64,000 nt of DNA from Phoronis australis (lineage: Eukaryota; Animalia; Phoronida): NCBI GenBank assembly GCA_002633005.1, contig NMRA01000087.1:756320-820319 (forward strand). Reading direction: 5' to 3'. The translations under genes were made by a program, and so were the position numbers. Of the stretch, positions 12,123-23,754 are shown in pieces; position 1 is the first letter of the stretch, and the number at the start of each line of letters is the position of its first letter. The notes beneath the pieces were generated by a model. It made no database searches and was not told where the DNA came from. It saw only the letters and a list, made by a program, of their open reading frames with translations.

Positions 12123-15100
12123 AAGCTGTATAAATGTATTGTGTCTTAACTGTGCAGTGCACTTGTATAAGGAACAATGCCAGCACAAGCTCTTCATGGG
12201 TAGAAATTAGAGGATGCTCTTGGAACCAATACTGTGAAGCTGTTACTGCCTTATTATGGGTTATCAATACTACTCTGGTTCGAAATGTCAGGATGTAAAC
12301 AATTTGGCAATAGTCAAATATAACGTGCCATATTTTGAGAACCAGTTTGATGCCAGTTATTTAGTGGAGAAAACTGGTTTTCAAAATTCGGTCACCAACG
12401 ATTCTTTAGAAATTAAAGCTCCATTCTGCACTCTTTGCTGACTGAAAACTAAATACAATTCCAGCTTTCAGTCTAATAATACACCTTATGGTGATCCTTT
12501 GCCATCGTTCACATATTGCGTCATCACTGGTGGGGTTGCACTTGGAAAATAGGACTATTTATGATCGGTGCTTAGACTTGCGGAGACTTCGTCGTGTGGC
12601 TTAATGGAATATCTCCATTACTGTACATATCATTAGGAAACTTGTACAAAGGTTTTCAAACGTTCCTACTTTTTTGGCCTGCTCCTACTTTTTGCCTAAA
12701 ACTGCTTGGAAGCCTGTTGTACACCTTTTAGTGGAATTAGCTAATTCCAAAATCGGACTCGGCTCCCAAGATTTGATTATATTTCACTATGCCTACCTCA
12801 GGAACATGTACACTAAGGACACCCCCATTCCATCATTATCACACCTATCTCTGACACTGACAGCGCATTAGGACATGATCAACACGTCCAGCGGCAGCGT
12901 GGTCATGTTTTGAGGAGGATGGGATTTATATTGGGCTGTTGCCAGAGAATTAATTTTTTTTAAATATTTTCAATTTTAAAAGCAAAGAGCGTTACTAAAA
13001 TGCGAAAAATGAGTCTAATAACAAAACTTCATGTACTAATAGGCTGGTTAATTACTATTTAGTGAACTAATTGGTGTGATGTCTTATTAATTTAGGGTTA
13101 ACTGGTAACATAAAAAGGACATTAATCTGATAGGTGACTACTTGGACCAACGGAAATAGTTTCAATGATTCAAAAGCTTGCTACCGGTTAACGACAATGA
13201 TTTTAAACCTCCCACAGTAGTTGTGAACAATTTAATCGGGCATTCATCCAAAATTATCTTTATATGAAATTCAACCTTTGTTGCCGTACTTTAATATAAT
13301 TGCGTTTTTTCAATAAAATTCTGGATGCAGTGACAGCTACAAAAGACGTGATAAACTAATTACTCGAACTATTCGAAATTTACAGATAGGGGTTTTCTGG
13401 TAGATAATATATGGACAACCGCTAACGTGTAGCGTGTGTAACCATAAACAAGCGACACTGGAACACATTTTTACGATTGGCCTTTGACTAAAGAAAATAG
13501 ACTTCGGAAAATAACAATATTCGTAACAAAGAGACGTTATTTTGAACACCTGTTGCATAGTTGTCAATATTCAAGAATGAAAAAACTGGACAACTGGATT
13601 AAAAAGCGGGGCATCTGGGTCAATGCCAAACCCAAAGGCGAGATGTTCGTCGCAACAGTGCCTTTTTGTCGAACGGAAAACGTAATACCCAAAGGCGCCC
13701 TACGGCAATTTTTGTATTTTTAATCAAATGGGATATTGCGGGTGCTGCAAAAACACCATGAAATGCCACGTTACTTTTTTCGTTTTTTAGTCGACAGGGA
13801 AACTTGGACTATATCATTAATTCATGAAAACAGAACCTCCAACCAATTGTCGTACTTTCAAAAGTAATGGAGGGGTAGCTGTAATGGCGTGATTAGAGGC
13901 TGAACGTGTGGGGTTATGTCATGATGACGGGGTGATTACAGAGGGGGTAGGGAAGAGAGTGGCAAACTTTGGATGACTTAATATGTCGACGCTCCCTAAC
14001 CGAAATGGAATTCTATTCATGACAGTAAAAAAGTCCCAATTTTCGTTTTCCAATGAGTTAAACAGGGTAAAATAATTAACTAGTGTAATGGGGCGTAGAC
14101 GCTGTACACTACTTTTTTAATTTTAAAGTTGTGTCTACACCGTAAGTTATAGGGTAAAATAGGGCGTAGACGCTCTGTGCAGTACACTAGGATTTGTTGA
14201 CAAAGCGGACAGCGCTAAAATTGTCACCGTATAAGTCCTGGCCTGTCGGCAGAATATTTCGGTACACCACCAAATTCAGTGATCACGGAGCTTGGTTTGA
14301 TGAGGTAGGTATGAACACAGACGATGATGAACACTCGGTGACTGACCATCGTGGATTCCACTTCCATGTTGCTAAACTTGTTAGGCCTGCTCTGTTTTGG
14401 AGAGGACTGTATGCGTTGTAGTGAAACGACAGTCTGATCTTTATTATTGAAGTGTTTTAAAAAGATGCCGAGATCAGGAAGAATAACACCTTCAAATCTT
14501 TCCGCTCAGTGAAGTTGGTTGGCTAACTGACACTTGTAACAAAACCAAATGGCACATGCACGCCGCAGAGTACTTCTGCGCTAGACAATGACAAATGCGA
14601 ACAGTAGAGAGAGTTCATGAAAAAATATTCATGGCTGGCACACAAGAATTGAAAAACGGCTGTATCTTGCTTTAACGTATGAGGACTTCTGAAGTTTGGT
14701 CAAAGATGTATTATCAATATCTTAGGAGTGGTCTGAATTTCTAATAGAAGCAACTGGAGTTTTCCAGGTGAGTAAATAACTTTCGTCACGTAGAAATATA
14801 ATAAGTGAATCGCCAGCTGAACTCAAAAACTCGCATATCTTTCCTTAAGTTATTCAAAAATTGAGAGACTAAAAACCAGCTGAAAAGACGCTAACTAAAG
14901 TCGTGACTTGTCAGTAGACCACAACGGAAAGCGTTTTCAGAACACCTCACTTAGTCACTCGTTTAAATGAATGGTTTATCACGAGCATCTCACTAACGTT
15001 CAATTCTCGGTGGAGAATTCTATAAGCAGTCTGGCTTTGAACACATTCACCAACTAGAAAACTAAATGTATTAATAAAACCAATTTGCAATACTTAATTA

Positions 15101-15855
15101 TAACAAGTAACAAAATGCGTTTTGTGTGATCTGTTTCAAAGAAACAATACGTGAAAAAACTAAACATGCACATTTTATGATTAGCACATATACGTTCATG
15201 CGCACTTTATAATTTATTCAAACATATGCTTTCCAAATTATACCGGTACATGTTGTGAAAGAATGATGTTATACGGTTCAGTTGGAAGTAGTACATTTTT
15301 GGCGTTCACATTTGCATATGGTGTGATATGAATTTAGGTCGCAGTAAAATGAGGCCGATAGATAATTAGGTTATTATTTATTAAAGACGGAAGTTAAAAA
15401 TAGTTATAATGTGACGATAAAATACCAAAAAACATGCTCCAAGGATGTGCGCAAAACCTCCAATTGACAAAATACAAACATACCGATTGTAAAAAGAAAC
15501 GGGTAAAATAGAACGCGCTAGGGCGGAGAGACAACCCAGAAATAATTATATGAAAAGGGAGCTCAGATAACTGGTAATAAAAAAGGAAACATGTGAACGC
15601 GGAAAAACAAAGGGTGGAGAAAATTGGTTACGGCAGGATCGAAGGTACTGTACAAGTAAAGCAAAAACCCAAGAACCCGTGCCGCAAAACCGTAGATGTG
15701 AGTACCACGTACATTCCGCGGACTCAGCATACCTTAATATTCTATGCTAAAGATCATGATATGGTGAATTTCGGACGCACGCATACCTCTAAATGTACCA
15801 CTACAACCTACTGAGTAAAATACATTAATAGGAGTAAACTACATTTGAGTGTCAA

Positions 15856-16185
15856 TGTTGTACTGTAATGTGATATCGGGTATGTTGTACTACGCACTGT
15901 GATATCGGGTATGTTGTACTGTACTGTGATATCGGGTATGTTGTACTGTACTGTGATATCGGGTATGTTGTACTGTACTGTGATATCGGGTATGTTGTAC
16001 TAAGCACTGTGATATCGGGTATGTTGTACTGTACTCAGTGGGATATCGGGTATGTTGTACTGTACTGTGATATCGGGTATGTTGTACTGTACTTTGATAT
16101 CGGGTATTTTGTACTGTACAGGGATATCGGGTATGTTGTACTACGCACTGTGATATCGGGTATGTACTGTACTATGAGTATCGGG
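15856..16185. repeat. Minisatellite, 27-31-nt unit (TGTTGTACTGTACTGTGATATCGGGTA), about 12 copies
   Basis: GATATCGGGTAT recurs 11 times (15872, 15901, 15928, 15955, 15982, 16011, 16042, 16069, 16096, 16123, 16152), plus one degenerate copy. Confidence 0.95.
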
Positions 16186-17387
16186 CTCACGAAATCGGTC
16201 GCGTAATATATCTTCCTGTGAACTTTATTCGAGTAATCGACAAATGATTGGTCGGTGGACCAATTCAATGCTAGAAAGGTTTAAAAATAAAAATCAAATG
16301 CTTCGCCGGGGCTTTCTACTTTCAGCGTTACTTTTACTGGGTTAAACTTTAAAGTTTTGTAGATATTTGTCCGAATTCACACATTTGTTTATGAAGCTCT
16401 ACATAACCTCAAGCATTGCCTGTGACTTAAATTGTGGAACCATTCTGCTGTCATGCACGGTAAACAAATAAGATGGGCACTTTTTGATATCTGGCACACA
16501 CACANGCCACAAGCATTCCCAAGGGCAGGGTACGCCGAGAGGCGGCAGCACAGGTGGTGGACCTTTCGATAGACTTGTGCCAATGGACCATTTCTGTTCT
16601 TCACAGCTGAGTTTCATTCCCTCTGCTTCCCCTTCTCGTATAAATTGACTGTGTTAAACTATTTTGAACGTACTCACGAAATATCGATTGCAACGAACGC
16701 CATTTTGTTTTTGTTTTGTGGGCTAACTCGTGAACCGTAGGCTGTTTCACTTTTCCCATTGTTGCTTTTCCATATTGGTGGCGCTGTGACTGAAATTATG
16801 GCTTTTAACTCCAACGAGCTTCGGTGAAGATTGACAAGTAAACAACAGCGAAACCCCTTTTCTATGTTCAAAACATTAGTCGCGAATGCTTGTCAACGAT
16901 GACGCACTTTTTCAGTATCAATCCAGGCTTTCCTCTGGCGAGTACGGGAGAGAAAGAAATAGATAATAAAAATACGACATAAAAAGTAAGGAATACAAAT
17001 ATGGGATGTAATTATCATTTTCTTATCACACATTTGACATACGACTGGAAGACTGACACAAGAAACCAATGCTCCAATGTGTTTCGGCTCGTGACAAAAT
17101 TCGTGAGTGATATACGGCCGCTCCTGTAATTTTCTACCCCTTCCATATCTTTGATAATCAATTTCAGTTTCTATGATCGTCTGACATTGTTTCCTACTTT
17201 GGCAATTAAGTGTGTTTCTCGTCCAGTAGTTTCATCAGTTTACAAAAGACGGACATTTGTATTCAGTGTTCACGACAAATTCAACGCACCACAGAGTTTC
17301 CAGGCAAGTAAGGCCCATATAGGCGGGATACAGACCTTGGCCTTGGAAGGCAATATTAAGTGGCGGGGGGGGGGGCATATTCAACTA

Positions 17388-17425
17388 NNNNNNNNNNNNN
17401 NNNNNNNNNNNNNNNNNNNNNNNNN
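17388..17425. other. Assembly gap (38 N); single Ns also at 16505, 21613 and 50193
   Basis: N characters in the sequence. Confidence 0.99.
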
Positions 17426-17667
17426 GGCTCGGGGGGCTCGAATGAGTCCCCCCATATGGCGAAGTGGGCAAAAAAGGTCCGCCTCAGAGAAAAAATAAAA
17501 ACTCCGAAAAAAGTAGAAAACGAGACAAAAGTCCAATAAGAAGGCAGAAACTACCAACATTCTGCGAATCCACAATTCATAGCTCTGAACGGTACCCCAT
17601 GAATCTTAATAAAAGTTCCACAGCCTCAAAAATTTGAGCCCACATTTTTTAGGCTGGGTGCGCGCAT
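17426..17667 (+). mobile_element. Family A copy 3 (left end lost in the gap)
   Basis: Colinear with 4204-4464: CCTCAGAGAAA, ACAAAAGTCC, CACAATTCATAGC, CCTCAAAAATT, TTTTAGGCTGGGTGCGCGCAT. Confidence 0.8.
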
Positions 17668-19092
17668 CAAATAATAAGTGTTTGTTATAATATTTTCAGT
17701 TTCGTATTTTTGTGTTTGTTTTGTCACACTAGGAAAAAAGTGCAAGTTAAAGTGGTCGGTTTTGGACAGATATGTGGGAATGTGACTGTTATGGTAAATG
17801 GCTTATGTCTTCATGGGTTTTGTCTCAATTTCAGGCATCTACAAATAGGACCTACGGGTATCATCTTTGCAGAAATGTTTGAATGTATCTGTTGATGTAA
17901 GTGCCAGAATAACCCCCGGCTGCTCTTTAACTTCATTAGTTGGTTTTGTTTGTACGAGTTTTCGAAGCAGGTGACCCTTTTTAATTATCCGTGCTTATGC
18001 TATAGGGCGACATTTCAATTCGGTCTGATTTTTATTTAAAAATTTGTAATCATTTTTTTGATAAGACACACTTTTAGGTTACAAAAAATCAATCTGAAAA
18101 GAAACATTTTTTATACTTTGGTTCAATCATCAATGTCAGGACTAAAAAACAATGTGCATTGATGATAATCCGTGAAACTTTGGAATAACCGTAGCACGGT
18201 TGGAATGGGTCCTGGAGTTCTAATTTCAAGTGTACCCAATACCGAGAGTTGCGAACCTGCGCAACATAGCGGAAGTCTAAAACGGCAGTAACGACAAGAA
18301 ATTGACATACCATGAGAGGTTTCACCTACACTTGGAATACCAGTGTTCGAAGGCTAATTTGAAGCTATATGTTATTTCAATATAACTTTCTCTGCTATTT
18401 CATAGGATGGTTTGCAAGAAAAGCTCAACTGGTCTGATGGGCCGAGGTTTATTACAACGGCCCATTTTATTACTGTGACAAAATTGGCCGTTGTAGTAAT
18501 TCGGGGGACACGTTTCGACCCAATTTGTTACAGCTTTGTAATAGACCGAGCTGTTGCAACGAATCGGGGTCCGATTTGTTACAACAAATGGTGTGGCTCC
18601 AAGAGTACTTTCCGTCGCCAGCTCGGGTGGACCTCCCAACATGGCGGTACTTTCCATAGCCATTTCGAGGAGTAGTCACTGCCAGCATCCAGCTTGGAGA
18701 GTCTGCAGCCAGTTCAGGGAGTACTCTTAGATCCAGCTTGACGGGTAACTCCAGCGCCGAACCATCCTAGGATACTTCTATAGCCAACTCATGAGACAGT
18801 CCCGAGATCAGTTCAAGGGGAGCGCTACACTCAATTATGAGTTTCTCGAGTGTCCATTACAATGGCGTAGCCAGAAGTTTTCAATAGGTGGGGCCAAATT
18901 TAGAAATCGATAAAGCGACAGTCCGGGAGGGGTTTTCCCCTTTCTCTACGGTGATACACAGTACACCGTTTTTTGTCCTTATAAACCATGTTATCGAAAA
19001 CATTTGATGGTGTTTCTTTGCTTTTTTGATACTTTATTTCTCAAAATAAAGCAAATACATCAACGGTAATACGTGCTTAAGACAAAACATCA

Positions 19093-19190
19093 TGCATGTA
19101 CATGCGCGCGCGCACACACACACGCACTTATAGAAACACTCATACACACGCACACACACACACACACGCGCGAGCGCGCATACACACATA
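19093..19190. repeat. Compound (CA)n/(CG)n microsatellite
   Basis: Alternating purine-pyrimidine tract CATGCGCGCGCGCACACACACACGCAC...CACACACACGCGCGAGCGCGCATACACAC. Confidence 0.85.
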
Positions 19191-19789
19191 ATCAAATTTA
19201 TAATATCACGGTTGCTGCAGGTAAATAATAGGGGTTTCTCAAAAACCGGTCTGATGGAGTTGAATTTTTGTTAGCGTTCAGTAATTATACATGCTGTACT
19301 TTTAACCTCTGTATTACTAAGGTTCGTTTGGCCTCTGGTGCATTTATTAATGGCATATTGACAAATACTCAACAAAGGCCATCAAAATAACATTTTTGAT
19401 TTAAAGAGTCTTGGATTTTGATAAACAGACTAAATTACAATATTGAAAGTGGTTCTCTGCCACTAAAACAGAATTCAACCTGCTCACTAGGTATTTTTAG
19501 GGTTTGTTTGTAAAGATTTTAAATTTTTTGTTGATATCTGAGCATTTTCTTTTGGCTTCAAATTTCAAAAAACGATCTGTCAACTGCTCGCCACTTCGTC
19601 GATTTTTCTCCTAGAACCTTAGTGACTTCAAGCAACTGACTGTGAGAGCTTGTTGGCATTGATCATAAGTGGGAAGGAAATTAGAAACTCTGTGGAAACC
19701 ACAGTTTTTCCTTCACGCGTATTTCAAAAGTCGTAAATTTTGTGATTTTTTCTGGATATTTCCTCAAAGAAAAAGTGAATTATTCTCGT

Positions 19790-22700
19790 TGCAAGATGTT
19801 ACTTTCGTCAGGAATTCTTTAAAAGATATTTTTGACGAGCTTTCGCGTTCCATGCATCTTTAAGATTAAATCTTGTAGAGTAGGAGTTTCTGAATCTCGT
19901 ACCATAAAAATCTCACGAAGTCACATTCCCCAACACAATGATTAAAAGCTGCACAATATGCACAAGTGCCCTTACTTTCTTATCGTATCTTTTTCATAAC
20001 ATTTTTTGTATAAGTCTTTCCATGAATGTAATCAAATTTGAAAGTACTAAAACAAGGAAACAACAAGAGTTTGTGTGGAAGAACATAAATTTGACTTTGC
20101 TTTTTTAAAGTAAAAACTAATCTATATCGGGAGGCGAAACAATTTTGGATCCAAAACGCGTCTAGAAAATAAAGTTGTTTATTTAAATGGAAAGAAATTA
20201 TCCACTTTGACTTTGAAGAGCCAAGTTTCACCTTCATTGCACATTTAAAGATGAATAGTTCATTCAGTTTGACAGCTTATATCTTTCTTTCAATATCTTC
20301 CAGGTCAGGAGTTTACTTTGAAAATCCAAAATTTTCTTTACAAAGATGATGCCTGTCTCAAAAAGCTTGAAAAAATACATTCTCCCCACCCATCAAAATG
20401 TTTTTTTTTTGTTGTTTCATACTATTTGAATTTCAATTATTTTGTCCTTATGTAGTTAGTCAATAATTTCTTGCTAAGCAATCGAGTTGTCGTGGTAAGT
20501 GATATCAAAATTTGCAAGACACAACAACTTAATACTTGTTTTAAAGATCGGACTACCCCCATATGTTTTCAAAACATAGTTTGGAAACACTTAAAACTGC
20601 ATTGTTTCCAACCAAGCAGCGGTTAACCTGCTTTATTAGTGACTTGAATGTGATATTTACACCAGGAAATGAAAAATCATCATTTTCACGAGAATTTAGG
20701 GTCACGTTTTTTATTTTGAATGGTTTATCTTACCAAACACAATTTTTAGTGTAGTGTTTAATTTTAATCTATTTGGACTATCCATCCCAAAATTACTCAT
20801 TAAAAATGCAAAAATTTGACTACACTAATTCTGCCTAGCAAAGAATTATTGTAGCTTTTCCCGACAGACACTGGGAGTCTTTTTAAGCGATTTAATTGTA
20901 AGTTCAAACTTAATTATGACCGATACAAAGCTCTTGATTGGTTTTCCAATCCATTTGAAGCCGAAAAGTGGGCCAGGACACTCTTTTTCTCGACATAGGT
21001 ATAATCCTTCACACTTTTTGACATTTAGCAGAAGTATAGGCCAGATAATAACCTAAAATGTTTTTAAAATGATAGACAATTTATGCCAGAATTTAAGCTT
21101 GTAGAAATAAGGTAGTATCATCTGCACACTGGAGAATTTTTGCTTCATTTTTTCAACTTTATGGCTTTTATCAAATTGCTACTTCGTATGTAACTCAATA
21201 GCTAGGCAAAATAATGAACATGACAAGGAATCACGCTTTCTGAGGTCCCTTTCTGTCGGAAAACAATCTGTAATAAAACCATCATTTTCAAAACTATTTT
21301 GGTTTAGTATAAATTATGAGAACCCATCGTGTTAAATCCTGTCCAAAATTGAGACCATTTAATGTTTAAAAAATAAAGTCCCATTTTATTGTATCATATG
21401 CTTTGAAAAGTCTAAAAATAAAATTTGATCCTGACCTTGAGTAATATTTGTGTATTTAATAATATCCTATTTTCCCTTGATATTATTCAGACGGACTGTA
21501 AGAAGTTTGGTAATAGTTCATAACCAGTGTTTTGTAATGATACTGATCGCCAAGTATCTGCAGGATGTTTTTTCGTCCTCATCTTTAGACTTAAGTTGAA
21601 GCTTTATGGCTCNGAAATGAAAAATCATCATTTTCACGAGAATTTAGGGTCACGTTTTTTTATTTTGAATGGTTTATCTTACCAAACACAATTTTTAGTG
21701 TAGTGTTTAATTTTAATCTATTAGGACTATCCATCCCAAAATTACTCATTAAAAATGCAAAAGTTTGACTACACTTATTCTGCCTAGGAAAGAATTATTG
21801 TAGCTTTTCCCGACAGACACTGGGAGTCTTTTTAAGCGATTTAATTGTAAGTTCAAACTTAATTATGACTGATACAAAGCTCTTGATTGGTTTTCCAATC
21901 CATCTGAAGCCGAAAAGTGGGCCAGGACACTCTTTTTTCGACATAGGTATAATCCTTCACACTTTTTGACATTTAGCAGAAGTATAGGCCAGATAATAAC
22001 CTAAAATGTTTTAAAAATGTTAGACAATTTATGCCAGAATTTAAGCTTGTAGAAATAAGGTAGTATCACACTGGAGAATTTTTGCTTCATTTTTTCAACT
22101 TTATGGCTTTTATCAAATTGCTACTTCGTATGTAACTCAATAGCTAGGCAAAATAATGAACATGACAAGGAATCACGCTTTCTCAGGTCCCTTTCTGTCG
22201 GAAAACAATCTGTAATAAAACCATCATTTTCAAAACTATTTTGGTTTAGTATAAATTATGAGAACCCATCGTGTTAAATCCTGTCCAAAATTGAGACCAT
22301 TTAATGTTTAAAAAATAAAGTCCCATTTTATTGCATCATATGCTTTGAAAAGTCTAAAAATAAAATTTGATCCTGACCTTGAGTAATATTTGTGTATTTA
22401 ATAATATCCTATTTTCCCTTGATATTATTCAGACGGACTGTAAGAAGTTTGGTAATAGTTCATAACCAGTGTTTTGTAATGATACTGATCGCCAAGTATC
22501 TGCAGGATGTTTTTTCGTCCTCATCTTTAGACTTAAGTTGAAGCTTTATGGCTCCTTGTCTCTGTGGTGTTAATAATTCCCCTAAAAATATTCAAGTAAA
22601 AGCTTTTTGACTTCATTCCAGAAACAAATACACAACTCATAATTTAACTGGTCATTTCACGGGGACGTTATTGTTATTACAAATTTTTTAAAGATCAATT

Positions 22701-22860
22701 TACTGGACCTCACTTCTCATCATTTGCGCACGAACTCTCTAATTTTGTAACAATTTGAAGACCTGTTTTGACACTTTCCAAATTCTGAACAATTCCCTCA
22801 CCAACTCTACCTTCGTCCACTTCTGTATTCCTTTATTTTTATTTTAACTATTTCCCATTT
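19790..22860 (-). mobile_element. Decayed L1/Tx1-clade LINE ORF2 (reverse transcriptase to C-terminal Cys-rich region)
   Basis: Hand translation of the minus strand, through stops and frameshifts, gives in order KWEIVKIKIKEY, QRQGAIKLQLK, TWRSVSLQNTGY (cf. WRPISLLNTDY), LFLDFS..YDAIKWDFIF, LNFGQDLTRWV, RKRDSLSCSLFCLAIE (cf. RQGDPLSPYLF), KILQCADDTTLFL (cf. QYADD), GVNIT, then FKFDYIHGK...CAYC...ECDFVRFLW. Boundaries are approximate. Confidence 0.8.
20666..22554. repeat. Near-identical tandem duplication (20666-21612 and 21614-22554) joined by one N; probable haplotype assembly artefact
   Basis: Two copies of 947 and 941 nt differ by a few substitutions and small indels; the junction is exactly the N at 21613. 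Confidence 0.9.
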
Positions 22861-23642
22861 TGTGTTTTTGATACTTAGATAATTACACTAATTAATACAG
22901 GAATTTAAATTTATGTTTAACTTTGTTACATATTTTTGTCTTCGAAACATCGGCGCGTGATCGTCTTTCGATCTGACGGCGTTAGCGAAATTCTTTCCCA
23001 AACAGTACGTTTGTTGAATAACATTCAAGTTACCCATTGCTTACGCGCGCGCTGAATATTTTCTTTTGAACTGAGTATGTGGGGCCATGGAATACATATG
23101 ATGCCGGCCGTCACAAGCGGTGTTGAACAACCAGGGTTAATGTTTTTCCTCTCGGGCTGTCCTCGTATGTTGAGGTTTTTGACTTCCTCTTTTCCACAAA
23201 AATGTTCTAAATGATGCCCTTTTCCAGTAATTTTTGCATGGGTTGATACCCGCCGGCGCCGCCGGGTTGCACACCCCCAGTGGCCGTCAAGGATACAAAA
23301 TTTGGTAGTCGGGAAATTTCTTCTTCAACGTAATCCTTTATCGCGATATATGAGGCAGCTATATATATATTAAAATAGCTCACTGAACAGCCAGTATACT
23401 ATATGCACTGTGTAGCTGAATTTTGGTAGAAACATATTTTAATGTTATCTTCGTACAGGTCGATGCTTTTTCATTTGTCTCTTTATTTGAGAATGAACCT
23501 GCTGTGGACTTCCCTACAGTAGAAATCCATGTCTCCACGAGCAATCACACATATAGGCCATACTATAGGCAATATCACACATCAGGCCTACCGCCTTCAA
23601 ACCTTTCCTTGGAGGACACGCCATCTATATCTCTGACCTATT

Positions 23643-23754
23643 TGAGTCACGTGACTAAGCTGGAGCCATTTGCATATCTGGTTGGCCTCCGTGATGAACT
23701 GAATGTACTACAAATCACTATTGTCTCTTAATCGAGGCAACTTAAACCAGAAAG
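23643..23754 (+). promoter_or_regulatory. Putative TET promoter and non-coding first exon
   Basis: Palindromic E-box AGTCACGTGACT (23645-23656) overlapping TGAGTCA, octamer ATTTGCAT (23668-23675), consensus donor AAG|GTGAGT at 23754/23755, and an acceptor TTGCTGCAG|G before 25710, 46 nt upstream of the ATG. Confidence 0.6.

Noticed and set aside
15856-16185. CRISPR-like array
   Set aside because: The sequences between the constant cores are near-identical and short rather than unique spacers, the context is eukaryotic and no cas genes are present. It is a minisatellite, and ORFs 16009..16206 and 16035..16268 are its by-products.
16389-16620. PHD-finger-like peptide CVCQ...ICLPCMTAEWFH on the minus strand
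   Set aside because: The CVC comes from a (CA)n run next to an N, the ligand spacing is wrong and there is no exon context. At most a transposon relic.
19930-20700. Adenain/Ulp1-like protease relic of a Polinton (LYFLDAF, TCAYCAAF)
   Set aside because: The catalytic His-Trp is missing, and the segment is colinear with upstream RT motifs, so it fits the C-terminal part of the LINE ORF2 better.
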